Shown here: positions 1-10,989 of the stretch, in pieces
Layout of the letters: every line of letters begins with the position of its first letter
Position numbering within the stretch: position 1 is the stretch's first letter
Source of the DNA: Sphyrna mokarran
Taxonomy: Eukaryota
Assembly: GCA_024679065.1 (NCBI GenBank)
Contig: JAGIQG010000014.1
Location: forward strand, 41,912,001 to 41,976,000
Direction: 5' to 3'
Length of the DNA stretch: 64,000 nt
The notes under the pieces: generated by a model
Told to the model about the DNA's origin: nothing
The model's database searches: none
Seen by the model: only the letters and a program-made list of their open reading frames with translations
Translations under genes and position numbers: made by a program

Positions 1-889
1 GAAGAACCTGCTTCTGTGCTGCATGACTCTAGGACACAATGTATTGGCACACTAAAGACTTGTAGATGTTAGACTATCTATCTATACGTAAGTCATGAAG
101 CAAATCACCTGCAATCAAAATATTATTTCAATAAAGTCCCCAACAGCAGTAAGGTTTAAATGGAACCTTAGCTATTTTGCTGCTATTTGAACTGTGTTTC
201 CCAATGCACGATATGCAACAAGATAATAAATTACACAACACATGCATTCATAAAGGGCCGCAGGCAGCAAGTCTATAGTTTTTCTAGCACAAGGTAAATC
301 CATCTGTAGTCAGTCTGGCTGTAGGGCTGAAAAATGAGGGGGATTTGGATGTGCCAGATTGGCTTTCCCGACAGTGGGTCCTGTTGGGAGTAAAGCTTCC
401 AAATGGAACCAAATGTGAAATATGCAGTAGTAGCGGCTGCAACTTTGAGGTCAGGAATTCTGTCCTTGTATCTTGAATGAAACAGACATGTTGGCATGGC
501 AACTGGCTTAAGTGAGAGCCATATAGAGGTCCATACAGTTCTGTCTTATGGTCTGAACTCTTTAATCTGATAATATTTTTCCAAATTCACCTGCCTTTTG
601 ACAAACAAGTGTTTATAGGGACACATTTTCACAATCTTATTAGAGAGCGGAGAGCCGGACCCATAATTCATACTCTCCACTGTATTTTGTATGCTATCCC
701 TTCTGGCAACTGCCCAAGGTGCAGATGCACCCACTCAGTGCAATCAAATTAGGCAACCTCCCCGGATCCCATAAATTTTGACATATGAATCCCGGCATCT
801 GTGCCGTGTGTTTTTCACCACGTACAAAGAGTAACTTCCCTATGTCACAGAGGAATTCATCTGCTGGATTGTTTTGATGGAGATTAATA

Positions 890-1088
890 GTGGAGATGCC
901 AGCATTGGACTCGGATGGGCACAATAAGTTGTCTCACAACACCAGGTTAAAGTCCAACAGATTTATTTCAAATCATGAGCTTTCAGAACACTGCTGCTCA
1001 CCAGATTTACCTAACGAAACAGCAGTGCTCCAAAAGCAGGTGTTTCCACAAAAAAAAACTGTTGGTTTTAATCTGGTGTTTTGATTCT
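890..1088. mobile_element. Penelope-like element terminus in inverted (palindromic) arrangement with two decayed hammerhead-like motifs
   Basis: ACAACACCAGGTTAAAGTCCAACAG (936-960) is the near reverse complement of CTGTTGGTTTTAATCTGGTGTTTTG (1059-1083). The centre contains CTAACGAAACAGCAGTGCTCCAAAAGC, a decayed CTGATGA-stem-GAAA motif typical of PLE termini. Confidence 0.7.
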
Positions 1089-1387
1089 TTAATATAAAGC
1101 ACATGTTTGTTGTCAGTTTGTTGGATTGATGTTAAGATGGACTGGAGAGGAGGATGTGGATGGTATGGGGGGATGAAAGAAATGGAATGCAATGACATTG
1201 GAAAGATAGGGTGGCATGGGGAGGGTAGGACAGGAATAGCATGTGTTACAATCCCTGCAGAGACAGATAATTTTTGAGAAGACCTTTGAAATCCTAGAGT
1301 CTAACTTAAAAATTGAAATCCTGTCATGCAATTTGTTTACAACTGTAGCAAGCAACTAAAAGAAATATTCACCAAGTATTACTTCGA

Positions 1388-1990
1388 AAAATTCATTTAT
1401 GGGATGTAGGCATTGATGGCTAGGTCAGCATTTATTACCCATCCCTAAGTGCCCTTGAAAAGGTGATGATGAGTTGCTTTATTGAACTGTTGCTGTACAT
1501 GTAGTGTAGGTGCACTTCGTGCTGCTTGGGAGTTCCAAGATTTTGACCCAGTGACAGTGAAGCAGCAACAATATATTTCCAAACCAGGATGGTGTGTGTC
1601 TTGATGGAGAGAATGTTTAGATGATAGTGATGTTCTTGTGTGTCTGGCAGCATCTTTAGGAGGTAGAGGTTGTGGGTTCGGAAGGTGCTGCCTAAGGAGC
1701 CTCAGTTATATAATACATCTTGTAGATAGTACACACTGCTGCCACTGTTTGTCAGTGTTGGAAGGAGTTAATATTTTTGCAAGGGGTGTCAATTAGCGGA
1801 CTGCCTTGTCCAGGATGGCATCAAGCTTTGAGTGTTGTTGGAGTTGCACTACGCAAGTGAAGAGTCTTTCATTACACTCCTGAATTATACCTTGTAGATG
1901 AACAGATTTTGGGGAGCCAAGAGGTGAGTTAATCATCACAGGATTCCTAGTTCTGACCAGCTTTTGTAGCCAGAGTATTTATACTGATAG
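1388..1990 (-). mobile_element. CR1-group LINE 3' end (tRNA-headed family), decayed
   Basis: Reverse complement matches the 3' region of the plus-strand copy at 28560-29110, including the tail AAGGGCA-TTAGGGATGGG-AATAAATGCTG. Confidence 0.75.
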
Positions 1991-2069
1991 TCCAATTCGA
2001 TTGAGTATGAAATTAATATTCTAATATCCAGAAAACATAATCCTTATTAATGTCTTAATGCAGCCAATA

Positions 2070-2215
2070 TTTGGTGTGATTTATTATTGTCACATGTATT
2101 GGGGTACAGTGAAAAGTATTGTTTCTTGTGCACTCTACAGACAAAACATATCATTCATAGCGTACATAGGGTGCAGGATATACAGTTACTGCTGTAGCTA
2201 GGGTGTAGAGGAAGA
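2070..2215 (-). mobile_element. Rex1/Babar-type LINE 3' tail fragment
   Basis: GATTTATTATTGTCACATGTATTGGGGTACAGTGAAAAGTATTGTTTCTTG is nearly identical to the tail of the copy at 3866-4341. Confidence 0.65.
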
Positions 2216-2545
2216 AAAAATAGCCCCAATTCACATAGCTACTTTACAGCACATTTTGCACATAATTGCAGTTTTTTCAGGAAAACTTGCAACAGGTTCC
2301 CCATTTTCCAAGTCTATCAGCAGTCCTCTCTCACAGTATTTTGTGAATTCCTGAACTGATTTTCACCAGTAAGACTCACTTGGGCAATTTCTTCTCCAGG
2401 ACTCTCCTTAAATCACTGTGGGTTCCCTTGAACTGTGAACATGATCTTTTCAGCATTCTGCCTAGTAGTTATTAGAGAATGGAGACTTTTTTTCTCAGCA
2501 GGCTGCAGCAGTTGCTTTTCCTGGTCCCTCGCTTTCTTTCTCTCT

Positions 2546-2662
2546 GGCTGGCATTTTCAGGCCACATCCACCTGCAGGATCTTCCAATTTGGTAGTGAGT
2601 CAGTGGATTTTTGACTGGCCTCATGGCTGACCCCATTGTGGCAGGACTAGAAAATCACAGCA
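2546..2662. mobile_element. Short MITE (Harbinger-like family)
   Basis: Termini GGCTGGCATTTTC ... GAAAATCACAGC are imperfect inverted repeats, with size and termini similar to the other copies in the window. Confidence 0.5.
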
Positions 2663-2809
2663 CGTGAGTCGGACAGTCTATAGGAACAAAAACAATAGCA
2701 TCTTTTTTTGTTTCCAAGTGTAAAAACTGGTGCATGCATTTCAGTAGCATGTGATCTGGGTTCCCATTATTCAAGGTGGCCAGACCTCAAGGATTTGTTG
2801 CCAGGCAGG

Positions 2810-3082
2810 CAGTACTGAAGGAGGCCATTTGGTCCATTGAGTTTGCATGTACAACAATCCCATCAGGCCCTATTTCATTAACCCATGTATTCACCCTGCT
2901 AATGCCCTGACACTTGGATGACTTTACCACAGACAATCCACTTAACCCACACATCTTTGGAATGTGAGCCAAGGTTGGAGGAAGCCCACACAGAGAATTT
3001 GCAAACTCCACCCGTCACCCGAGGCTGGAATTGAACCCAGGTCCTTGGCACTGAGGTAGCAGTGCTAACCACTATTGCCTGC
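2810..3082 (-). mobile_element. HE1/V-SINE-type tRNA SINE (CR1-like tail)
   Basis: Reverse complement has a tRNA-like head (GTGGTTAGCACTGCTACCTCAG, GGTTCAATTCC), a decayed V-domain and the tail AAATGGCCTCCTTCAGTACTG. Confidence 0.85.
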
Positions 3083-3129
3083 CTGCATGGTGTGGGAGGA
3101 TGATTCATTTTTGAGTTGTGGAAGGGGCA

Positions 3130-3500
3130 GGATGCCTTTGTTTCCTGAGGGGTTGGTGGTGCTTCCTTGGATTATATCCATACAGGTGATGACCAGCATC
3201 AAAGCCTGCCTGGTGAATTTCCTACTGGATTAGTGATGAATGGCGGGGAGGGGGTGGGGGGCAGGGGTGGGGGAGGCCAGGGAATGGGCTGTCAAACTTG
3301 TTAGTTGTACTACAATTAGTAATAATTTGCTTAATTATTGGGTTGCTACCTGCGATGGGCGGGAACCTGATCGGGACCAGGAGCATTGTGATGAGTTTGT
3401 CGCCCGACATCAAACGTGTTTTTTGCCCGATGCTCTACTCTCTGGGCCATTGCGATACCCACTGGCAGCTAATGGGCCTGGAGGGTCCCTCCCCTCCCCT
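3130..3500. mobile_element. GC-rich non-autonomous DNA transposon remnant (Harbinger-like)
   Basis: CpG-rich. Shares GGGCGGGAACCTGATCGGGACCAG with 52133-52160 and ends in a TIR-like GGAGGGTCCCTCCC. Confidence 0.45.
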
Positions 3501-3865
3501 CCCCCATTCCGATGTTGCTATGAAACTTGAATTTTAAATGAGAACTGAGTCATGGAATGAGGTTTGTAATTAGGAAACCGTTTCCTGCAATAATAATGTT
3601 GAAATTGTAACAGGCACACATCAAGGAAAACAAATTAATTCATCAAATAATTTTGAGCAATCAGATGTAAATCTGCCTTTTCAGCAGTTCCCAAATTAGA
3701 CTTTCATATTCAAGATTATAAACAAGATAGAAGACCAGGCTTGAGAAAATCTGTATTTAATGTCCTGGTTCTATTTTTACACATGGAGAGTTTTGTTTAG
3801 CCTTTTCTGGAGTGGGAATATTGATTATGTTGATGAAAGAACAACTAGAAATGTAGTTTATTTCT

Positions 3866-4341
3866 TTGATTTGATTCATTTTTGTCACATTTATTAGTCT
3901 ACAGTGAAAAGTATTGTTTCTTATGTGCTACACAGACAAAGCGTACCGTTCATAAAAATGAAAGGAGAGGGTGCAAAATAGAGTACTAGGGTGCAAAGAA
4001 AAATCAACTTAGTGCTAGGTAGGTCCATTCAAAAGTCTGGTGGCAGCAGGAAAGAAGTTGTTCTTGACCTGGTTGTTGCGTGACCTCAGACTTTTATCTC
4101 TTTCTCCCGACGGAAGAAGTTGGAAGAGAGTATCTCTGGGATGTGTGAACTCTATGATTATGCTGGCTGAGACTGTAAAGTGTAGACAGTCAATAGATGA
4201 GAGACTGGTTTATGTGATGGACTGGGCTTCATTCACAACCTTTGTAGTTCCTTGAGGTCTTGGGCAAAGCAGGAGCCACACCAAGCTGTGGTACAACCAG
4301 AAAGAATGCTTTCCATGATGCATCTGTAAAAGTTGGTAAGA
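3866..4341 (-). mobile_element. Rex1/Babar-clade LINE 3' fragment
   Basis: Minus strand at 4275-4340 translates LTNFYRCIMESILSGCTTAWCG, the characteristic post-RT motif of Rex1/Babar elements, followed by 3' UTR. Confidence 0.8.
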
Positions 4342-4766
4342 TTTAAAGAAATACTGTTGCAGTAACAAATTATTTTCACTGCAAATATTTTGCGGATCTC
4401 TGCTAGCACCATTATCTTGTTACTGCTTGTGGGCCATGGTGTATTTACATTACATCAGAGGCTAGTGAAACCACATCAGAATATTTGCAGATTGACTACA
4501 TTTATTCTCATCAATTTTGTCAATTGTCAATTTATCCTCACAATTTTGTTCACTCTGTTAATTTAGCACTTCTTTTGATGTTTATCATTAGAAATATTTC
4601 ACACCCTTTTATCCTTTACCTCTTTGAATCTCACATTAAAATAATATTATAAATTAAACAAAAAAATGCTATCAATCAAGGTGCTCTGCTGAATTGTGCT
4701 CTTTTTTTGTTTCTTGTGCAAAAAAAGCACAATATTTTTGATTATAAATTTCTTCCTATTAGTATA

Positions 4767-5060
4767 GTTTAAAGTTTATTAAGTCACAATTTGGCTTACA
4801 TTAACAATGCAATGAAGTTAGTGTGAAAATCCCTGAGTCGCCACACTCTGGCACCTGTTTGAGTACAAGGGGAGAATTTAACATGGCCATTGCACCTAAC
4901 CAGCACATCTTTCAGACTGTGGGATGAACCAGAGCACCTGGAGGAAACCCACGCAGACACAGGGACAACGAGTAGACTCCGCACAGACATTGACCCAAGT
5001 CAAGAATCAAACTCTGGTTCCTGGCAATATGAAGCAATAGTGCTGACAACTATTCCACCG
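4767..5060 (-). mobile_element. HE1/V-SINE-type SINE (second tail type ending AATAAACTTTAAAC)
   Basis: V-domain GGAGGAAACCCACGCAGACAC seen on the + strand; tail shared with the copies at 11676, 17112 and 23925. Confidence 0.85.
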
Positions 5061-5504
5061 GATACAGTTCCAGATACATGTTGATACATTGTATGACTAA
5101 CAATCCCATAGTTTACCTGAATTAACATTCTAATATTTTTCAAATGCTTTTCACATGAAGTGTATTGGATTGAACATTATTGTTTTACATGATATTGTTT
5201 ATGACTCAAGTATTGGTGTGATTCTCTGTGAAAATCTAAAGGGCAGCATTTCCTTAAAGTGATAGATTTTTTTTTCAATTCGTATGCATGATGTGTCTGG
5301 GCTAGCATTATAGAATTTGCATTTTATGCAAACAATGTATTCAGATGAATCAGAACAGGTAGAAATAATATTGATTTTAATTGAAGAATTGTGACCAGTA
5401 CCAGGGGATGGATGGATTGCGCTTCTTTGTGCGGGGCAGGGGTGGGGGGGTGGTGGTATTGGTGCGGCGGGGGGTGGTGCTTGTGGGGGTGGACTTCAAA
5501 TCAC

Positions 5505-5905
5505 TTGTGACGGAAACAGTTGCTAGTCCAGCTTGGTAGCCCTTTGATTGATGATAAACAGCTGGTGCTAATCGAAATAATAAGTGTGCTTATCAAGCAA
5601 AATATCTTCAACGCAGGTTACTAATTAGCAGCTGTGACCTTATATATCAAGGGCTGTGATTAAATTAATGAGGAAAATTGAATCTACTGCTGCAAATGAA
5701 GAAGATATTGTCAAGGCCCCACTCAATTTCAGGTTCCTTCAAAGACATAATTAGTTTGGGATGGCCATTTAGAAGTTGGAATGCTAATTAATATGTAAAT
5801 GAGTGCTTTTAAATATTTACATTTGATGCCAATTTCTTCTATCCAGGTTATCGAAGAATGAGCGCATCTGTTCTAATATTGCTGGCTCAGCTTGATAAAT
5901 ACTAA
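5505..5905. promoter_or_regulatory. Candidate conserved non-coding element (enhancer-like)
   Basis: Unique non-repeat block with overlapping CTTTGATTGATG (TCF/LEF and PBX-like), CAGCTG E-boxes and several TAATTA/TAAT homeodomain cores. Conservation not testable here. Confidence 0.4.
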
Positions 5906-6689
5906 CTTGTTCCTTTTGTGTTTGCACAATGGAGGAGATCAGTTTGAATATAATCATAACTTTGCAAAAAGGATGCATTGTTTGGAAATTTTACTTTTTA
6001 ATGAATTGTGGAAGATTTGTCTGCAGAGGTGTTTCCAATCTTTGGTGTTCTTGCACATCTGGACAATAATGAAATGGCTAAATGTAAGTACACAAATCTG
6101 CATTGCGTGCACCTGTGCATACAGAAGGGAGTATACCGATCACAGACGCTTGTTATATTTATACTGCAGCAGCTAATTCAGTTTCATTGCACATTATCAA
6201 TTCTATCAAGTTACACAAAGCCAGCTATGAAATTTTGGACCCAAATCTTTATCAATAGAATGTAGATTCAATTTCATTCCAACTTGAATAGTGCAAATGA
6301 TTCAAATCCCTTCAAGGAATATTGATGACTTATGATGCACTGGAAGTGCACACATATTGCAAGCCAGCTGTGTATGTCCACCATATTTGTGATACAAAAC
6401 AAATAGGTGACTAGGGCCTGCACCTGAAACATGTATAAGGCCATTTGTGTATTGCAAATAAAGGACTCAACATCTGTTTGAGGTTTCCACTGCCAGATTT
6501 ATTTGCCCAGTGCAGCAGCGCCCTGGCTAAAGCATGCCCGTAGAATTGTTTGCAACCAAAAATATACAGCTTCGGAATTTACTGGCCTGAATTAATCACT
6601 CATAAATGAGTATGATTGTCCACCTAAAAATCTCTGTTATTGGGCATGGGTTCTGTGAGTCATGTGTGGGTGCTAAGCCTGATCCTAGA

Positions 6690-7150
6690 TTTGCATTTTT
6701 GACCACATACTTGGCAGATGTTTCTGGGAAGTGGATTTGCTCCTTGGATTCTAGATCACTGGTATTCTCTTTTCAAGCTCCATTTTTGGGCCTGTACTTA
6801 CCGTTGGGACCCTTCAATCAAGATGCTCGTCCAAGTTGGTCTCTTCTGAGCAAGAGTCTTCCAGGCATTGATATCCATGTTCATTCCTTGAGGTAGATCT
6901 TCAAGCTGTTTTTGAAGTGCTGCCTTTGTCCTCCTCACCTTCAGGAGCTTTCCTTTAGCTGCGCTAAGAGGATTTGCTTTGGCAATTGGGACTCTGATAT
7001 CCTAATCACATGGCTGGCCCAGTGGAGTTGGTTTTGGATGATCATGGCCTCAATTTTTTTGCTTTTGACTCCTTCAAGACCACTGATAGTATGCTTGCCC
7101 TACCAGTTGATGTATAGAATCAATGAATATTCTCCAAGCTGATGGAGGTC
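6690..7150 (-). mobile_element. RTE-clade LINE 3' fragment
   Basis: Minus strand translates IEAMIIQNQLHWASHVIRISESQLPKQIL, matching the RTE C-terminal motif L.WAGHV.RM...RLPKQ. Confidence 0.8.
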
Positions 7151-7202
7151 AGCATAGAGATCCTTGATTTTCATGACATGTATATAATATACATAAATGA
7201 TC

Positions 7203-8090
7203 TAGATTTTGGTGTAGAGTGGAGAATTTCAAAGTTTGCAAAAACACAAAACGTGGAAATATTGTAAACTGTGAAGAGTGTAGAACTTATGAAAGACATT
7301 GACAAGTTGGTGAAGTGGTCAGAGAGGTTGCATCATCTATGGAGAAGTGTGAGCTGACACATTTTGGTAGGAACAACCTTGAGAGACAATATAAAATAAG
7401 AGGTAAGATTCATGAGAGAGTGCAGGAGCAGAGAGACCTCTGCATAGATGCATAAATCAATGAAAGTGGCATGACGTGGAGGGAGCAGTTAATAATCAAT
7501 ATGGTATTCTGGACTTTATTAAAAGCAGCATAGAATATAAGAACAAGGAGATTATTCTAAACTCATACAACACATTGGTTTGACCTCAGCTGGAGTATTG
7601 AGTACAGTTTTGGACACCACACTAAAGGAAAATGTGAACGCATTGGAGAGAGTACGGAAAAAGTTAGAAAATGGATTGCAGGAATGAGAATCTTCATTTA
7701 TTAGGGTAGATTGGAGAGGTTGGGAGTCTTCACTTCAGAGAGAAGAAAGCTGAAAGCAGATTTAATAGAGGTGTTCAAAATTATGACGGGGGGAGGCTGG
7801 ACAGATTAGATAGGGAGACACTGTTAATACTCATAAAAGGTCAAGAACAAGAGAGTACAGGAGAGTACACTTACTTCTTTTGTAATGCCACGAAAGAACT
7901 TTTTCACTTTGGTTCTGGAATACACTGTCTGGAAGGCATTCAAGAGGGTATAAGTTAATAATTTCAATAGAAACAATGTGCAGGGGTAAATAGGAAGGGC
8001 AGGGGAATGACAATTAGTCATGATGCTCGTTAGAAGAGCTTGTGCGGACACATTGGGCCAAATGGCCGCCTTGTAAACCATAACAATTCT
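7203..8090 (+). mobile_element. CR1/HER1-type LINE 3' fragment, heavily decayed
   Basis: RT C-terminal remnants (KFA, KCELTHFG and PQLEY-like segments) with frameshifts, then a CR1 3' UTR ending GGGCCAAATGGCC...ACAATTCT. Confidence 0.8.
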
Positions 8091-8199
8091 GCAAATCCAA
8101 AGCTGGAAAAGGAGTGTTGCACCTATCCTCACATTTAAAGAAAGCAGGTCATTTCAGATGTTGCACTCTCCCCAGAGTAAACACTGTAGCACATTATTA

Positions 8200-8852
8200 T
8201 TAGGAATAGCCTAGGGGAGAATGCTTAAATATTCGTTGACGTGCACAGTACTTAAGTTTGTTGCAATTGCTTTCCACCTGCTGCCAGCACTGCTGTGGTC
8301 TTTTTCCACGTTAGTTGAGTTTATGGGTGAACTGATTTTCTTGAGTTTTATCCGAGTTTCAAATGATGGTTTAAGACATAGAATTGCCCAACTTGAGACT
8401 GATCCAGTAGTCTCAGCTGAATCCTTTTCAAAGGGTTTTTAGATATTCCTGACCACTGCAATATCAGTCAAACAGATTATGGGCGGAATCTTCCAGTCCT
8501 GCCAGCAGTGGGAGGCAATGGCAGAATGTCTTCTGCCATTTCATTTGGCAGAAGACAAAAAATCTATTTTCTGACGCCAGGATAAACTGCTGGAATTTGT
8601 CATCCTGACTTTGAAGGCCAGGAATCTGTTTGCAATCATCAGCATCTCGTGCATGCTGTTTCAAAGGCCTCTTTGCTAGAATCGAGTTCATCTTTCAAAT
8701 TAGGTTCCCAATAGTAGGAATTTAGAACTCCGTGTTTAAAAGTGTCATGGAACCTGACGAGCTTCACCTCTTTGGCTATGTTGAAGTTGGTGAATAATGC
8801 CTTCTTGGGGACCACAAATAACTTCACAGGTACCGAATGTCAGCAGCAAAAA
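8200..8852 (-). pseudogene. Possible fossil coding sequence of unknown origin (large DNA-transposon-like), interrupted by a MITE
   Basis: Pyrimidine tract plus CAG acceptor at ~8853, then FAADIRY and frameshifted protein-like frames KLFVVPKKALFTNFNIAKEVKLVRFHDTFKHGVLN...; continues beyond the MITE at 8481-8605. Confidence 0.3.
8481..8605. mobile_element. Short MITE (Harbinger-like family)
   Basis: Starts GGGCGGAATCTTCC and ends in a decayed GGAATTTGTCATCC; 125 bp. Confidence 0.5.
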
Positions 8853-8914
8853 CTGCACGCAGACAGGACACAGAAAGCAAGCTAAGCGGGGAAAGCAATT
8901 GGGTAGGGAGACTG

Positions 8915-9140
8915 TGTTGCTAAGGGAGTGGGAAGAGTGACAGGGGAATGGAGAGGAAGGGTGTCCTGGGTAAAGGAGTGGGAAGAGTGACCAGTAGAAA
9001 AGGGAAAGAAAGTATCCAAGGAAGAGGGTGTGGAATTTGTGGGGTGGTGGGTGGGTGGTGGGGGTGAGGATGGAAAATATCTGGGTGAGGTGGGAGGAGA
9101 ATGACTCGGGGAAAAGGAAGGGAGAGAGTATCTTAGAGGG
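8915..9140 (+). repeat. Purine/G-rich low-complexity tract with a duplicated GGAGTGGGAAGAGTGAC unit
   Basis: Direct repeat at ~8925 and ~8975; G-runs at 9040-9066. Confidence 0.7.
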
Positions 9141-9562
9141 CAGTGTGAATGCCATAAGGTAACACATCTTTCAAATCCTGCAATAAATGAGTAATGATGA
9201 TTACACCACTGATAGTTGTACACAATTCTCCAATCTCCAAGGTCCAATGCTTTTCAGTCTCCCCATCTAAACTAATTCAGTTAGTTTTTTTCTATGCATT
9301 AAATGAATTATTTTGTCATTTATAGCTTATCATCTGTTTCTAGTTTTATTGTCCAATTATGGGCCTGTTTTGTTATTTAACATTACATTAGTTGGAGTTG
9401 AAACAGTCATTTTGCCTAAGAAAGTTCCTTCATAAAGTATACTCCCTTTCTCATTACATAATATAATTTTCATGGCCCTGCTATTTTCACTTCAATTATC
9501 CTATTTTCCACTTAATTATTAATACATATCTCTATCAATGTATCATTTTTGAGGATCATGTG

Positions 9563-9930
9563 AGGAGATGATGTTACTTGACTAGTAATCCAGAAACCCA
9601 GGCTAATGCTCTAGGACATGGGTTCAAATTCCACCATGAGAGCTGGTAGAATTTAAATTCAGGTAATAAAATCTGGAATTGAAAACTAGTCCCAGTAATG
9701 ATTCCCATAAAACTATCATTGATTGTCATAAAACCCATCTGGTTCACTAATGTCCTTTGGGAAGGAAATTTGCTGTCCTTACCTGGTCTTGTCAACATGA
9801 TCCACAGGAATGTAGTTGCCTCTTAACTACCCTTTGAAATGGACAGTTGAGACACTCAGCTCAAGGGCAGTTAGGAATGGGCAACAATGCTGACCCAGCC
9901 AGCGACATCTACATTCCATGAAAAAGAAAT
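9563..9930 (+). mobile_element. Short tRNA-headed non-autonomous element (LINE 5' end fused to LINE 3' tail)
   Basis: B-box GGTTCAAATTCC. The body matches the reverse complement of 62515-62825, and the last ~70 nt match the LINE tail at 1388-1460 (-) and 29055-29110 (+). Confidence 0.8.
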
Positions 9931-9992
9931 TATGGAACAGAGCTGCTCCTTTTTATAAATATGTGTCATGAGCCACTGTCTACTATTTGTAT

Positions 9993-10422
9993 AAGAACAA
10001 GAACTTTATATAATGTATTTCACAACTTCAGGAAGCATTTTACTGCCAATGAAGTATTTCTGAAGTGTAACCATTGATGCAAGATAGGAAATGTGGCAAC
10101 CATTTTGCACACATGTAAACTCCCCCAAATAGCAGTGAGGCAAATGACTAGGTAATCTGTTGTGATGGTATTGTTTGGGAGACATATATTAGCCAGGACA
10201 CTGGGAAGACTCTCCTGTTCCTCTTCAAAGCCATGGAACCTTTAAACTCCCCCAGCAGGTAAATAGGGCATTGATTTAATGTTTCATCTGGAAGAACTCT
10301 TGACAGTGTAGCACTGTCTCAGTACTGCAGTGAAGACTCAGGCCAGGAGACATGGTCAAGTCTCTAGAATGTGGATTGAACTCCTAACTTTCTGTTTCAG
10401 ACTGCCAAATGAGCCAAGGCTC
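9993..10422 (-). mobile_element. DeuSINE (SacSINE1-like), near full length, decayed
   Basis: Recognised Deu-domain segments (GCCAATGAAGTATTTCTGAAGTGTA, AGCCAGGACACTGGGAAGACTCTCCTG, GCACTGTCTCAGTACTGCAGTG); tRNA head at the right end. Confidence 0.75.
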
Positions 10423-10989
10423 AACATGGCTTTTAGATAATGGTGCTTCTATTGGATTGCCCTCAAGTTCTGATGTAATTGCAGCTTTTTCTTTTAAAAT
10501 ATCTGGGTTCCCCAACTTTAATCACCATTTATAGTCTTTATAAAAAATATTGAGGATTTTCATCTGAAAATTGTGCTTTCCTTGGCCTTTAATTTTTTTT
10601 AACAACTTTGTTTTCAACTTTGGATTTGTGATTATTTGTGTTATTTTTGATGGTTAAATGATTAATGTGCAAATAGATTGCACAACCTCACTTACTAAGT
10701 TGAGGCATTGGTGAGAATTATTTAGAAAAAAATTATAATCTGAAGAAGCCTCTTGTGTTAACAACACAAATGGATCGTAATCATACTCTTTAAACTGGCC
10801 AGATAGAAAACCTATTGGAATAAATGTTAACTGCTAAGTATAATGTTCACACTAAATTAAATCATTCTTCTGCACTATTGTATTGACATCTTCTGTGGTT
10901 TATGTGCCTGTCGCTAGTATTGTAAACTTAATTGCAGTTCCTCTGTACCTTATGAGAATAGTATGACTTAATTTATCACTGCATTAGGG

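Noticed and set aside
4693-4733. Hairpin ATTGTGCTCTTTTTTTG...CAAAAAAAGCACAAT (similar at ~43896-43918)
   Set aside because: The stem depends largely on A/T homopolymers, as expected by chance or slippage.
8745-9247. 140-aa and 121-aa Pro/Ser-rich ORFs
   Set aside because: Artefacts of the purine-rich low-complexity tract, which lacks stops on the minus strand.
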